Shown here: positions 7,797-17,565 of the stretch, in pieces
Layout of the letters: each line of letters starts with the position of its first letter
Numbering within the stretch: position 1 is the first letter of the stretch
Assembly (NCBI RefSeq): GCF_008065095.1
Contig: NZ_CP042911.1
Span: 5,040,001-5,072,000 of the forward strand
Origin: Gemmata obscuriglobus
GTDB lineage: Bacteria; Planctomycetota; Planctomycetia; Gemmatales; Gemmataceae
Direction: 5' to 3'
DNA: 32,000 bases
Position numbers and translations under genes: made by a program
Notes under the pieces: model-generated
Databases searched by the model: none
What the model was told of the DNA's origin: nothing
The model's input: only the letters and a program-made list of their open reading frames with translations

Positions 7797-8402
7797 ATGC
7801 AGATCGACCCTTCGACCGCACCTGTGCCAAACGTCTACCAGCACCTAACGGGCGTGGTAACGCCGCGACCCATCGCGTGGGTGACCACACTCTCACCTGC
7901 GGACGTGGTGAACCTGGCACCGTTCAGCTTCTTCAATGCGTTTGGTGCCAACCCGCCGACCGTCGTGTTCTCCCCGACTCTTCGGCGCGACGGGACCAAG
8001 AAGGATACCCTTCTGAACTTGGAAAAGCTCGGCGAATTCGTGGTACACACCGCCACGGCCCCGCTCGCGGACAAGGTGAACCTCTCGTCCAAAGAGGTGC
8101 CACCGGACGAGAGCGAGATCAGCCTGACGGGTTTGAGTACGATCGCGGGCGTGAAGGTGAAGGTGCCCCGGCTCGCGGAATCGCCGGTTGCGCTGGAGTG
8201 CGTGGTCCGGCAAATCATCCCGTGCGGAACCGGACCGATCGCGGCGAACCTCGTCATCGGCGAGGTGGTGCTCTTTCACATTGCCGACGACGTGCTGGAC
8301 GCGAGGGGCGCGGTCGACCCGCGAAAGCTGCGAACGGTGGCCCGACTTGGTGGCGCGTTCTGGTGCCACACGTCGGACCTGTTCGAGTTGGAGCGCCCGT
8401 AG
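7797..8402 (+). CDS. flavin reductase-like (FMN-binding split-barrel) protein
   Basis: VYQHLTGVVTPRPIAWVTTLS..VNLAPFSFFNAFGANPP and ...ALECVVRQI are typical of the Flavin_Reduct domain. The start is set at the ATG of MQIDPST. The ORF-track start at 7728 lies inside the palindromic element. Confidence 0.8.
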   Translation: MQIDPSTAPVPNVYQHLTGVVTPRPIAWVTTLSPADVVNLAPFSFFNAFGANPPTVVFSPTLRRDGTKKDTLLNLEKLGEFVVHTATAPLADKVNLSSKEVPPDESEISLTGLSTIAGVKVKVPRLAESPVALECVVRQIIPCGTGPIAANLVIGEVVLFHIADDVLDARGAVDPRKLRTVARLGGAFWCHTSDLFELERP

Positions 8403-8562
8403 CTGCCCGTGGCAACCGCCGGCAAGTGCATCTCCGGCTCACGGGGTTGATGTTTCCAGTGGTCGTGTCGATCCACCAAGCGGATCGCCGCCGAGAACTC
8501 GAATCAGCGACGATGTCCGTCTGCTTCAGGAGTCAAGGTGCGGAGTCGTTTCGGCCCGCGTA

Positions 8563-10293
8563 TCAGTTCGTTCCTCGTGGCCCGGGGCGCGTGCCGTAGG
8601 TGGCCTCCCACTTCTTCGGCGAGCCCGGCAACGTCACACCGGGGACCGACAGGTCGTACTTGGTGGCGTACCGCACGAACTCGCGAGGGTAGTCGGGCCA
8701 CTTCCCTTCCAGTTTGTGAAGGGCTGCCTTTTCTTCGGCGGTCAGCCGGCGCAACAGCTCCTTTTCGGCGAACTGCCGCACCGGTTCTTTGAAATCCGCA
8801 ACACGTGCCGGGCCGAGCACCGGCGCCAGCACGCCCTTCGGCCCGCTCAACTCGCGGTGCAACTCCAGCGGGAACTCGGGCCATTTGCCGGCGACCGAGC
8901 GGAGCCGAAACGCGGCGTTCTTTTTCAGCAGCCGCGACGCCGAATCGGGCAGGTCCGCCGTCTCGGTCCACATCAGCTTCGGGTCGGCCGGCTCGGGCAA
9001 GTACGGGTGCGCCTTGTTCAACTCGTATACGGTCCAGCCGTACAGCGCCCAGGCCTGCTCGCCGTTGGCCAGCGCCAGCGCCCGGCGGTACTCCGCGACC
9101 TCGTCCGGGGCGAGCCGCGACCGCTTCGAGTCGTCCAACTTGAACGCCGCCCGCGCGAACTCCGTCACCTCGTCGCGCCCGGCTTTGGTGTCGAACGGCC
9201 AGGGCGGCCGGTCGGTCACGAACGCCTCCGCGTGGCCTCGCAAGAACTGCCACCGCTCGCGGCGCTCCTCTTCCTCGTCCCGCAGTTGGGCGATCAGTTC
9301 GGCCTTCTCTTTCGGGCTGGTGAGCGAATCGACTTTCTTCCGCGTCGGCGGCGGGAGCGCGTCCACCCACTGCTGCTCGCGCAGGTCACGGACCACTCCG
9401 AGGCGCAGGTTCGGGGTCGCCGCGCCGAGCACCCCGCGGCGCTCGGGCTCGGGCAGCCGGTCGAGCCAGATCGCGTACACCTCCAGCGCGCGGAGCAACC
9501 GGTCGCGCTCCTTCGGCTCCCGCGCATGCAGGTCCCGGTCGAGCTTCGACACCTCGGCCTGGCGCGCCGCCGGCAGGTCGCGAAACGCCTTCGCCAGCGA
9601 GTCGTGCGCCTTCACGCCCTGGCGCTCGGGCGGGTCCACCGCCGGCACCTTGAGCAGCGGATCGTAGCTGACCGCCGGGTCGTCCCCGAACAGCTCGGGC
9701 TTCGCAATCTCCTGAACGAAGCTGAGGTCGTCGGCGACCGCGTAGAGCGGCAGCAAGGCGACGATCCGGGGGTCGGTCTTCACCTCCTCGTGCTCCCTAC
9801 CGCGCGGGATCAGAAGCGACCGCGCCGCGCCGGCGGTGAGGTAGCCGAGCAGGCCGAGCACCACGACTGCGGCGACGAGCGCCGTGCCGGGGAGCCAGCC
9901 GCGAGATCGGGGCCGAAGCGGGTCGGCGCCCGCGAGCGGAATCGGCATTGAGGTCGAAAGGAACTCACCCGGTCCGGATCTCACGCCCACGGAAGCAGGC
10001 CCCACCGCCCGCCCCCCCGCGCCCGACCCAGCGGGCGATCGAACCGCGGGGAGCTTTTCGAGCGTGCGGGTGGTGAAGTTCGGGGACGGCTCCGGCCTGG
10101 GCAGGTAGTCGAGCAGGTCGAACGACTTTTTCAGCTCCGCCGCGCGGGCGCGGGCGGCCGGATCTTCCGCGAGCCGGTCCTCGACCCGGCGCGCCGCGGC
10201 GGGGTCGAGTTCGCCGTCCAAGTACGCGACCAACTCGGCCTCAAACGGGTCGGGCGGCGGGCCGTCATCAAATTCGGTGCTGTCAGCGCTCAT
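8563..10293 (-). CDS. anti-sigma factor-like membrane protein with large extracytoplasmic domain
   Basis: It lies 17 nt downstream of the ECF sigma gene. The N-terminus LVAYLDGELDPAAARRVEDRLAEDPAARARAAELKK is a typical anti-sigma N-domain without the HxxxCxxC zinc motif. There is a single TM helix (ALVAAVVVLGLLGYL). About 400 aa of C-terminal domain follow, containing the repeats GKWPEFPLEL / GKWPDYPREF. Confidence 0.7.
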   Translation of the reverse strand: MSADSTEFDDGPPPDPFEAELVAYLDGELDPAAARRVEDRLAEDPAARARAAELKKSFDLLDYLPRPEPSPNFTTRTLEKLPAVRSPAGSGAGGRAVGPASVGVRSGPGEFLSTSMPIPLAGADPLRPRSRGWLPGTALVAAVVVLGLLGYLTAGAARSLLIPRGREHEEVKTDPRIVALLPLYAVADDLSFVQEIAKPELFGDDPAVSYDPLLKVPAVDPPERQGVKAHDSLAKAFRDLPAARQAEVSKLDRDLHAREPKERDRLLRALEVYAIWLDRLPEPERRGVLGAATPNLRLGVVRDLREQQWVDALPPPTRKKVDSLTSPKEKAELIAQLRDEEEERRERWQFLRGHAEAFVTDRPPWPFDTKAGRDEVTEFARAAFKLDDSKRSRLAPDEVAEYRRALALANGEQAWALYGWTVYELNKAHPYLPEPADPKLMWTETADLPDSASRLLKKNAAFRLRSVAGKWPEFPLELHRELSGPKGVLAPVLGPARVADFKEPVRQFAEKELLRRLTAEEKAALHKLEGKWPDYPREFVRYATKYDLSVPGVTLPGSPKKWEATYGTRPGPRGTN

Positions 10294-10310
10294 GTGGTGA
10301 CCTCAAGCGC

Positions 10311-10982
10311 TCACGGTTCGGAGCCGTCGGAATCGTCGCCGGCCTCCGCCTCGGGGGGGACGACGCCGTCCATGTAAATGTAACCTTGCAGCGCCTCACG
10401 CAGCTTCCCGCGGGCGCGGCTCAGGAGCGACTTCACCGCCTTGGTGGTCAGCCCCATCACGTCCGCGATGTCCGCGTAATTCATGTCCTCGAACTTGTTC
10501 AGCACGATCGCCATCCGCTGGCGCTCGTTGAGCCCCTCCAGCGCGTCCCGGATGACGCCGGCGAGTTCCTGCTGCTGAAGGTTGTGGTTGGGCGGTTCGT
10601 CGCGTGTGGGCACCAGCGCTCCCGGGGGCCGCGTTCCGAGGGGGCCGGATTCCTGCACCTCCAGGGGCATCACCGGGCGCCGCTTCCGGTTCCGGAGGGC
10701 GTTGAGCGCGAGGTTGTTGGCGATGGTGAACAGCCAGGTCGAGAACTTGGCCTTCGGGGTGTACCGCTTGCGGGTGCGGTACACCCGCAGGAACACCTCC
10801 TGGGCGAGGTCCTCGGCCTCCTCGGCGCTGCCGACCAGGTGGTGCATGACGGCGACGAGCCGGTGCTGGAACCGCTCGACCAGTTCGGCGAACGCGGCGC
10901 CGTCGTCGTCCCGGACTCGGAGCATGAGCCGGATGTCCGGGTCGCGGAGCGCCATCTGCGCGCTGGTTTGGCCGGTCGCCAT
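10311..10982 (-). CDS. ECF-type RNA polymerase sigma-70 factor
   Basis: 223 aa. Region 2 is EDLAQEVFLRVYRTRKRY..KFSTWLFTIANNLALNALR. Region 4 is ERQRMAIVLNKFEDMNYADIADVMGLTTKAVKSLLSRAR. Confidence 0.9.
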   Translation of the reverse strand: MATGQTSAQMALRDPDIRLMLRVRDDDGAAFAELVERFQHRLVAVMHHLVGSAEEAEDLAQEVFLRVYRTRKRYTPKAKFSTWLFTIANNLALNALRNRKRRPVMPLEVQESGPLGTRPPGALVPTRDEPPNHNLQQQELAGVIRDALEGLNERQRMAIVLNKFEDMNYADIADVMGLTTKAVKSLLSRARGKLREALQGYIYMDGVVPPEAEAGDDSDGSEP

Positions 10983-11034
10983 TTCGCCAGTGGTTCGGGG
11001 TGACGGGGCGGTGCCGCAACGATCGGGGCGCGGG

Positions 11035-12195
11035 CTACTGCGGCCGCTCGCCGACCCGCTCGGCTCCGAGCGCGGCTTCGGCCTGGCGGCGCAACTGCCC
11101 GCACGCGGCGTCGATCTCCGCCCCCTTCCGCTTCCGCACCTTCACACTGATCCCGCCGCGGCGGAGCGTGTCGATCAGGTACTGAAGGTCGGCGTCGGCG
11201 GGGCGCTTAAACGCCAGCCCTTCGACCGCGTTCCACGGGATCAGGTTCACGTGCGCCTGGCGCCCGCGCAGCAGGCCCGCGAGCTGCCGCGCGTGCGGGG
11301 CTTGGTCGTTCAGCCCGCCGAGGACAACGTATTCGTAAGTCACCTGGCGTCCGGTTTTCTCATAGAACTCGTCCGCCGCGGCCAGGATCGCGTCCATCCC
11401 GACCTTGTCGTTGGTCGGCACGATCCGCGTGCGCAACTCGTCGTTCGGCGCGTGCAGCGACACCGCCAGGTGATACTGCTTTCCGCTTTCGGCGAGTTTG
11501 CGGATCTTCGCCGGCAGTCCGACGGTTGAAATGGTGACGTGCCGCGCCCCGATGCCGAGCCCGTTCTTGTCACCCGCGACGGCGAGCGCATCAAGCAAGT
11601 TGTCGAGGTTCGCGAGCGGTTCGCCCATTCCCATCACGACGATGTGGGTGAGCCGCGGCGCGCGTTCGGGGTTCGTGCTGTTCGCGTCGGTCAGGTTACG
11701 GAGCAGTACGAGTTGCTCCACCATCTCGCCGGCGGTGAGGTTGCGCACCACGCCGTTGAGCCCGCTGGCGCAAAACACGCAGCCCATCCCGCACCCGACC
11801 TGCGTGCTGATGCACGCGGTCGCGCGGCCGTCGTCCTGAATCAGCACCGCCTCGATCATCCGACCGTCGGCGAGCCGCAGTACGAACTTGTGGGTGTCGT
11901 CGGATGCGGCGAAGTGGCGTTCTACGGACATCGAGAACACGCGAAAGGCGCCCGCGAGATCGGCGCGTAACCCCTTCGGGAGGTCGGACATGTCCTCGAA
12001 CGCGGTCGCCCGGTTGGCGAGAATCTGCTTGCAGATCTGGTTGACCCGCATCGGCGGCTGGCCGCGCTCCGTGAGCCACGCGCGCAACGTCTCGGCCGGC
12101 ACATCAAGTATGCCAGGTTTGGCGTGCGAAGGCGGTACACCTTCCGTACCAGCGGGAAGGGAACCGGTTTCAAGAATCGGGAGCGTCGAAAGCAT
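11035..12195 (-). CDS. rlmN: 23S rRNA/tRNA (adenine-C2)-methyltransferase, radical SAM
   Basis: 386 aa. CISTQVGCGMGCVFCASG is the CxxxCxxC radical-SAM cluster, followed by VVMGMGEPLAN. The C-terminal GAEIDAACGQL carries the catalytic Cys. Confidence 0.95.
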   Translation of the reverse strand: MLSTLPILETGSLPAGTEGVPPSHAKPGILDVPAETLRAWLTERGQPPMRVNQICKQILANRATAFEDMSDLPKGLRADLAGAFRVFSMSVERHFAASDDTHKFVLRLADGRMIEAVLIQDDGRATACISTQVGCGMGCVFCASGLNGVVRNLTAGEMVEQLVLLRNLTDANSTNPERAPRLTHIVVMGMGEPLANLDNLLDALAVAGDKNGLGIGARHVTISTVGLPAKIRKLAESGKQYHLAVSLHAPNDELRTRIVPTNDKVGMDAILAAADEFYEKTGRQVTYEYVVLGGLNDQAPHARQLAGLLRGRQAHVNLIPWNAVEGLAFKRPADADLQYLIDTLRRGGISVKVRKRKGAEIDAACGQLRRQAEAALGAERVGERPQ

Positions 12196-12347
12196 AGCTG
12201 TTATTGTACGCTCAATCTGTGTGTCGGGAAAGCGCCCGACCAGTTCGAAGGGAGAGAAGCCGAGAATGTGGCTGATTTCAGCTTGCTGAAGTCCGCAATC
12301 CTGTCGAAACTCTCATCCGTCGTTCTCTGTGCCCTCTGCGGTGAATC

Positions 12348-14015
12348 ATGCCTTCTCTGCTTTGTCTTGCTTTACTTGTTCTGTCCGCAGAACCGGCAGT
12401 TTCGGCCGACCTGATCGCTCACAACGGCAAGGTCTGGACCGGCGACGCGAAGCGCCCCGAAGCACAAGCCGTTGCGGTGTGGCGCGGCCGCATCGTCAAG
12501 GTGGGCACGGGCGCCGATGTCAAAGCGCTCACCGGCCCTGCCACCAAAATCATCGATCTTAAGGGCGGGCGACTGGTCCCCGGGTTTTACGACAGCCACG
12601 TTCACTTCCTGAGCGGCGGGCAGTCGCTCACGCAAATCGACCTGAAGGACGTCCAAGACGAGGCCGAGTTCGGCAAGCGTCTGACGGCGTTCAACAAGAA
12701 CACCCCGCGCGACCGCTGGATCGTCGGCGGGTTGTGGGACCATGACCGGACGTTCAATGGCGAGTTGCCCACTGCCGCGCTGCTGGACAAGTACGTGAAA
12801 GACCGCCCGGTGTTCATCCAGCGGTACGACGGGCACATGGGGGTCGCGAACTCGGCCGCCCTGAAACTCGCTGGCATCACGGCGGTCACCAAGGACCCGC
12901 CGGGCGGGGTGATCTACCGGTTGGCGGACGGCAAAACGCCGTCGGGGGTGCTCAAGGACAACGCGATGGCGCTGGTGGACCGGCTGATCCCGGAGCCCGG
13001 CGATGAGGAGATACTCGAAGCGGTTCTTGCGGCCCAAAAAGCAGCGGCGGAGGTTGGTGTCACAAGCGTGCAGGATCTCGACGGCAGCGGCGCCGAAACT
13101 CGCCGCAAACTGTTCCGGATCTACCAGAAGCTCGCGCGCGAAGGGAAGCTCACCTGCCGGATCGACCTCCGCTGGCCGATCTCGGCTTACAAGGAACTCG
13201 CCAACGCGGGGCTCACGGCCGACTTCGGGAGCGACTTCGTTCGCGTCGGCGGGGTGAAGGGCTTCATGGACGGCTCGCTCGGCAGCAGCACGGCGAAGAT
13301 GTTCGGCCCGTATGAAGGCGGCGCGAACAACACCGGCGTGTACGTCACCGAACCGGACACGATGCGCAGCTACATCCGCGGGGCCGACGCCGCGGGGCTC
13401 AACGTGTGCGTCCACGCGATCGGCGACCGGGCCAACGCAGTGCTCCTCGACCTCTTCGCTGACGTTGCGAAGCAGAACGGGGCCAAGGACCGGCGGTTCC
13501 GGATCGAACACGCGCAGCACCTGCGCCCCGAGGATTACAAGCGGTTCAAGGAACTGCGAGTGATCGCCTCAATGCAGCCGTACCACGTCATTGACGACGG
13601 GCGCTGGGCCGAGGGGCGGATCGGTGCGAAGCGGTGCGCGAGTTCTTACGCGTACCGCTCGCTGCTCGACGCCGGGGCGACGCTCGCGTTCGGGTCCGAC
13701 TGGCCGGTCGCACCACTTAACCCGCTGGTCGGCGTTGACGCGGCGGTGAACCGGCGCCCCCTCGACGGCAAGCACCCGAACGGCTGGTTCCCCGAGCAGC
13801 GCACCACCGTCCCGGAGGCGGTGGAAGCGTACACACTTGGCAGTGCGTTCGCAGGGTTCCAGGAACCCGACCGCGGGAGCATTACCGTTGGTAAGCTTGC
13901 CGACTTCGTGCTTCTGTCGCGCGACATCTTCAGTGCCGCCGAGAAGAACCGCATCGGCACGACGACCGTGCTGCTGACTGTTGTGGGTGGAAAAGTGGTG
14001 TTCGAGCGGAAGTGA
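12348..14015 (+). CDS. secreted amidohydrolase family protein (Amidohydro_3 / YtcJ-like metal-dependent hydrolase)
   Basis: 555 aa. Signal peptide, then IAHNGKVWTGD...GFYDSHVHFLSGG (HxH metal motif), VHAIGDRA, RIEHAQH and FGSDWPV. Confidence 0.85.
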   Translation: MPSLLCLALLVLSAEPAVSADLIAHNGKVWTGDAKRPEAQAVAVWRGRIVKVGTGADVKALTGPATKIIDLKGGRLVPGFYDSHVHFLSGGQSLTQIDLKDVQDEAEFGKRLTAFNKNTPRDRWIVGGLWDHDRTFNGELPTAALLDKYVKDRPVFIQRYDGHMGVANSAALKLAGITAVTKDPPGGVIYRLADGKTPSGVLKDNAMALVDRLIPEPGDEEILEAVLAAQKAAAEVGVTSVQDLDGSGAETRRKLFRIYQKLAREGKLTCRIDLRWPISAYKELANAGLTADFGSDFVRVGGVKGFMDGSLGSSTAKMFGPYEGGANNTGVYVTEPDTMRSYIRGADAAGLNVCVHAIGDRANAVLLDLFADVAKQNGAKDRRFRIEHAQHLRPEDYKRFKELRVIASMQPYHVIDDGRWAEGRIGAKRCASSYAYRSLLDAGATLAFGSDWPVAPLNPLVGVDAAVNRRPLDGKHPNGWFPEQRTTVPEAVEAYTLGSAFAGFQEPDRGSITVGKLADFVLLSRDIFSAAEKNRIGTTTVLLTVVGGKVVFERK

Positions 14016-14059
14016 TGCGTGGGTCCGAATTCGCGCATCCGGTTCGTCGGACGCCGACT

Positions 14060-14554
14060 TCATTCCTTCTTGGCCAACTCGAACTCGAAAGCCCCCTCAA
14101 GCGTGGTACCGTCGTCGTTGGCGGGGAACTTCCAGGTGCCCTTGATCTTCTGCCCGACCAGTGTGGCGGTGTACGGGGTCTTGATCAGCGCTTCCGTGTT
14201 CGCAACGTCCTTCGAGCCGACCGAGACGAACTCGACCCTGTACTCCTGCCCGGACTTACTCTTGTCGACCGGCTTGACCGTCCCGCGAACGAGGTACGTC
14301 AGCTTCCGCTCGCCGGCCCGCTCGATCAGTTCGGCCTCGAACTTCTCGCCGTCGCGCCGAAGGATTCGGAGTTCGCACTCGAACTCGGGGGGCACGCCGC
14401 CCTGCCCTTTGTACTCGCCCGTCTGCGTCAGCTTGCCCTTCCACACGCTTCCGACGACGACGGGGTAGCCGTCCCTGGCGGGCGCGGCACCAGCCGGCAG
14501 AGCGGTCACACAACCAACGAGCACCACGGCCAGGAGCTTGAGCGTGTGGGTCAT
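14060..14554 (-). CDS. hypothetical secreted protein
   Basis: 164 aa. Signal peptide MTHTLKLLAVVLVGCVTALPAGA. Composition is balanced and beta-rich, and third codon positions are G/C-rich. No family recognised. Confidence 0.6.
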   Translation of the reverse strand: MTHTLKLLAVVLVGCVTALPAGAAPARDGYPVVVGSVWKGKLTQTGEYKGQGGVPPEFECELRILRRDGEKFEAELIERAGERKLTYLVRGTVKPVDKSKSGQEYRVEFVSVGSKDVANTEALIKTPYTATLVGQKIKGTWKFPANDDGTTLEGAFEFELAKKE

Positions 14555-14632
14555 TCCCGTTCCCCAAGACGTGACCGTTGCTATTATCTTACGGGTGAAC
14601 GCGATACGCCAATGTAATCTCGCGAGTTCCGG

Positions 14633-15457
14633 TTAGAACGCGACCCGCAGCACCACGGCCACGATCAGAGCGAACGCCAGTGCGTACAGCCCGATGCGGA
14701 TGGTGTCGTCCGCGGTGCGCCGGGCCAAGAGCCGACGGAGGGCCGCGCGGTCACCGGACTCGATGGCGAGTTGAAGGTTGAGCTCGTAGCTGCTCGATGG
14801 GTAATCGCGGATCGCCTCCTCGACGAGAACCTGAACCCCGTGCCGCGGGGTGGGAAGCGTTGGGCCGACGGCCGCGTGGAACCCGAGTTCGTCGGAGAAC
14901 GCGAACGTCGCCGGCCACAGGTCGCAGCGCGTCCGGTCCGGGAGGAGTTGCCACAAATCGCGGACGAACAGCGCCGGCGCGGCGCGTGTCAGCAGCACGC
15001 GGTTGCCGTCCACGAGTGCCTGGGTGCTGCCGAGAAGCAGCGGGCTGTCGCCGCTCTTCAGCACCGCGTCGAGTTGCTCCAGGGTGCGCTCGGGCAGCAC
15101 CTCGTGGGGCCACGCGAGATCGGCGAGCGTTCCGGTAGCGTCCCAGTCCGGCGGGTAACGGTCCGCGATCGCGAACGGGTCGCCGAGGTGCCGGTACAGT
15201 TCGCGCGCGAGCACGAGAAACCGGAACCCGAGCACCGGGCCGGGCCGGTCTTCCACCCGCACCACCGCGACGTGCGATGTACCAAACGGGCACGCGAACA
15301 CCGCCCCCGGACACGCCACCCCGTCGGGACGCGGGCCGAACAGCACCGCGATGCGTTCGGCCTCCGGTGTATCGAACCCACCGGTCTGCGCGGCGACCTG
15401 CACGTTGCGACCGTCGGTCGTCACGACCGCTTGCTGAATGCGGAGATCGGGCGTCAT
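14633..15457 (-). CDS. hypothetical protein with a single C-terminal transmembrane helix (tail-anchored)
   Basis: 274 aa. The start overlaps the stop of the upstream oxidoreductase gene (ATGA). It ends in [22 protein letters not shown]. No family recognised. Confidence 0.6.
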   Translation of the reverse strand: MTPDLRIQQAVVTTDGRNVQVAAQTGGFDTPEAERIAVLFGPRPDGVACPGAVFACPFGTSHVAVVRVEDRPGPVLGFRFLVLARELYRHLGDPFAIADRYPPDWDATGTLADLAWPHEVLPERTLEQLDAVLKSGDSPLLLGSTQALVDGNRVLLTRAAPALFVRDLWQLLPDRTRCDLWPATFAFSDELGFHAAVGPTLPTPRHGVQVLVEEAIRDYPSSSYELNLQLAIESGDRAALRRLLARRTADDTIRIGLYALAFALIVAVVLRVAF

Positions 15458-16569
15458 GCGCCCCCCAGAATGTCACTCATACTCACCACACGGCGCTGAG
15501 TTGCGGCGGCGAACACCGCTTCGCACAGCGCGACGGTCTCGATGTTGTCGCGCCCGCTGATTTCGGGCTCGGTGCCCTGCTCCACCGCGACAAGCAGTTG
15601 CGCCATTGTGCCGACGAAGGCGTCCGGGAACCAGACATCGTCCCATTTCGGGAACTGCCACCCGTTGCTGTCGCGGGTGCTGAACTGCAAGGTGCTGGGG
15701 GTGCGTTCGGGGTATTTGGGCCAGCCGATCGTTCCCCGCATCAGCCCCTCCGTCCCCTCGACGCGCCAGCGGATGGCGGTATCGCCGGCAACCCCTTCCT
15801 TGCACGGCCCGGCCCACACATCGTCCCACGCAGAAGCGCGAGCACCTGAATCGTATTCGAGGATGTACAGATTGAGGCCGTCGCGGTGCGGGAATTTCGT
15901 TCGCGGGTCCGGGCGCGTGGATGCTAGAACCCGGTTCGGCGTGCCGAGCCAGTAGCGGAACGTGTCGAGGTGGTGAACGCTCATCACGAACGTCGAGAGC
16001 GACGGCAACGCCTCGGCCCACGGCATCCAGTGCGGAACGGCCCGCATGTCGATGGTGGCAAGAACGGGTTCTCCCAACCAGCCCCGATTGAGGAGATCCT
16101 TCGCCGCCCGCACCGACTGGTCGTACCGCATGTTCTGGTTCACGGCCAGCGTGATCCCGGCGTCGGCACATAGCGTCACGAGTTCCCTCGCGACGCAGAC
16201 CGACAGGGCGAGCGGTTTCTGAGCGAGGATGCCCCGGAGTCGCCCCTTCCCGCCGACCACCGCCCGCCGAATCAAGTCCGGTTGCGCGTCGGGTGGCACG
16301 GCCACGTCGAGGATTTCGACATCACCGTTGGCGAGCAGTTCATCAATGCACTGGGCGGTGGGGATATTGTACTGTGCAGCAACGTCCCGTGCGGTCGCTT
16401 CGTTTCGTGACGCAATTGCGATTGGGTTGAACCCGGCGTTGCGGTAAGCAACGAGGTGGCAGTCCCGCATGATGAACCCCGACCCAACGCACCCGATGCG
16501 CCAGTCGCGGCGGCGCGGGAGTGTCGGACGGTGATTCAGACCGAATGCGGGATCTGAAGAAGTGTTCAT
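15454..16569 (-). CDS. Gfo/Idh/MocA family NAD(P)-dependent oxidoreductase
   Basis: 371 aa. The N-terminal Rossmann motif is [20 protein letters not shown], followed by ILAQKPLA and a C-terminal alpha/beta domain typical of the family. Confidence 0.85.
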   Translation of the reverse strand: MNTSSDPAFGLNHRPTLPRRRDWRIGCVGSGFIMRDCHLVAYRNAGFNPIAIASRNEATARDVAAQYNIPTAQCIDELLANGDVEILDVAVPPDAQPDLIRRAVVGGKGRLRGILAQKPLALSVCVARELVTLCADAGITLAVNQNMRYDQSVRAAKDLLNRGWLGEPVLATIDMRAVPHWMPWAEALPSLSTFVMSVHHLDTFRYWLGTPNRVLASTRPDPRTKFPHRDGLNLYILEYDSGARASAWDDVWAGPCKEGVAGDTAIRWRVEGTEGLMRGTIGWPKYPERTPSTLQFSTRDSNGWQFPKWDDVWFPDAFVGTMAQLLVAVEQGTEPEISGRDNIETVALCEAVFAAATQRRVVSMSDILGGA

Positions 16570-16934
16570 CGCTTCTCAACCTTCGCAACCGCTTGGGAAT
16601 GATCCACCCATGAGCGGGACACGGCTTCTGGGTTTCCCGCGGCACGCCAAACTGGCCCCCACCCGCGCACGCTTGCAGGGGTTCCAGAACTCATCGGATA
16701 GCTGATGAGTATCAGATAAGGTCACGGCGGTGACGCGCTCCCATCTCGGGAGCGCACCGATGGCGGCGGGAAAGCAACCAGCCCTGGACATCTTCCGCGC
16801 CAACTCAAGGGTTGGCCCGATGTCAGGCACGGCCTGCATGGCCGCCAGCGCGGAGAGACAGTTCGACTAGACACAACACGCCGGGACGCTATGCCAAGCG
16901 CCCAAACGGCTCCCGCCGCCCCCGGAGATCACAC

Positions 16935-17486
16935 ATGTACCGGATCGGTTCCGTCGGACTGGTCGCCCTTGGCCTCGCGGCCGGGATCATCGGCACCGCT
17001 TACTACCTTGGCCCACCGCGCCAGGCTGCGGCAGCTTCAAACGATCGCTACCAGGACTACATTATGGCCACCGGGGCCGTCTCGGTGAACCCCCGCGTCC
17101 AGACCGACGGCGTCTGGCTGCTCGACTACAAGGCGGGCAAATTGCTGGGGACCGTGATCGACCGCGCGCAGGGCAAGATCGTCGGCTGGGCCGAAGTCGA
17201 CCTCACCGCCGAGTTCAACATCAAGGCCCAGCAGGACGTTCACTTCATGATGACCACCGGGTACATCACCCAGGGGCAGTCGGCACTGTACCTGTCGGAA
17301 ACCACAACCGGGCAACTCGGTGTGTACACGATGGGGCCGGGGCAAAACGGCAACGGGATCGTGATCCGTCGGCACGACATGACCAAATTCCGCCAGCAAG
17401 TCGCCGCGGCGCCCGCCGGCGGCCCCGCCCCGGCGGGTGCCGCCGGGCTCCCACTGACACCTCTGCCCCTGTCCCCCAACCCGTGA
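16935..17486 (+). CDS. hypothetical membrane-anchored protein
   Basis: ATG with GGAG 7 nt upstream. The N-terminal TM/signal anchor is MYRIGSVGLVALGLAAGIIGTAYYL. The tail is Pro/Ala-rich. A strong hairpin follows. Confidence 0.6.
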   Translation: MYRIGSVGLVALGLAAGIIGTAYYLGPPRQAAAASNDRYQDYIMATGAVSVNPRVQTDGVWLLDYKAGKLLGTVIDRAQGKIVGWAEVDLTAEFNIKAQQDVHFMMTTGYITQGQSALYLSETTTGQLGVYTMGPGQNGNGIVIRRHDMTKFRQQVAAAPAGGPAPAGAAGLPLTPLPLSPNP

Positions 17487-17502
17487 GTTCCACTATGCTG
17501 GC

Positions 17503-17540
17503 GCGCGAACACCGGGCGGAACACCGCCCGGTGTTCGCGC
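17503..17540 (+). terminator. intrinsic-terminator-like hairpin
   Basis: GCGCGAACACCGGGCGG-aaca-CCGCCCGGTGTTCGCGC is a perfect 17-bp stem followed by TTCT. It lies 17 nt after the stop at 17486. Confidence 0.7.
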
Positions 17541-17565
17541 TTCTACTATTCGCACCCCTACATTA

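Noticed and set aside
8188-9951. 587-aa plus-strand ORF
   Set aside because: It is antisense to the anti-sigma gene. It is extremely Arg/Pro/Gly-rich and has no motifs.
16576-16839. 87-aa minus-strand ORF ending 7 nt before the oxidoreductase start
   Set aside because: It has weak codon bias, is riddled with hairpins and has no recognisable family. It is not called as a gene, only mentioned in the hairpin-cluster finding.
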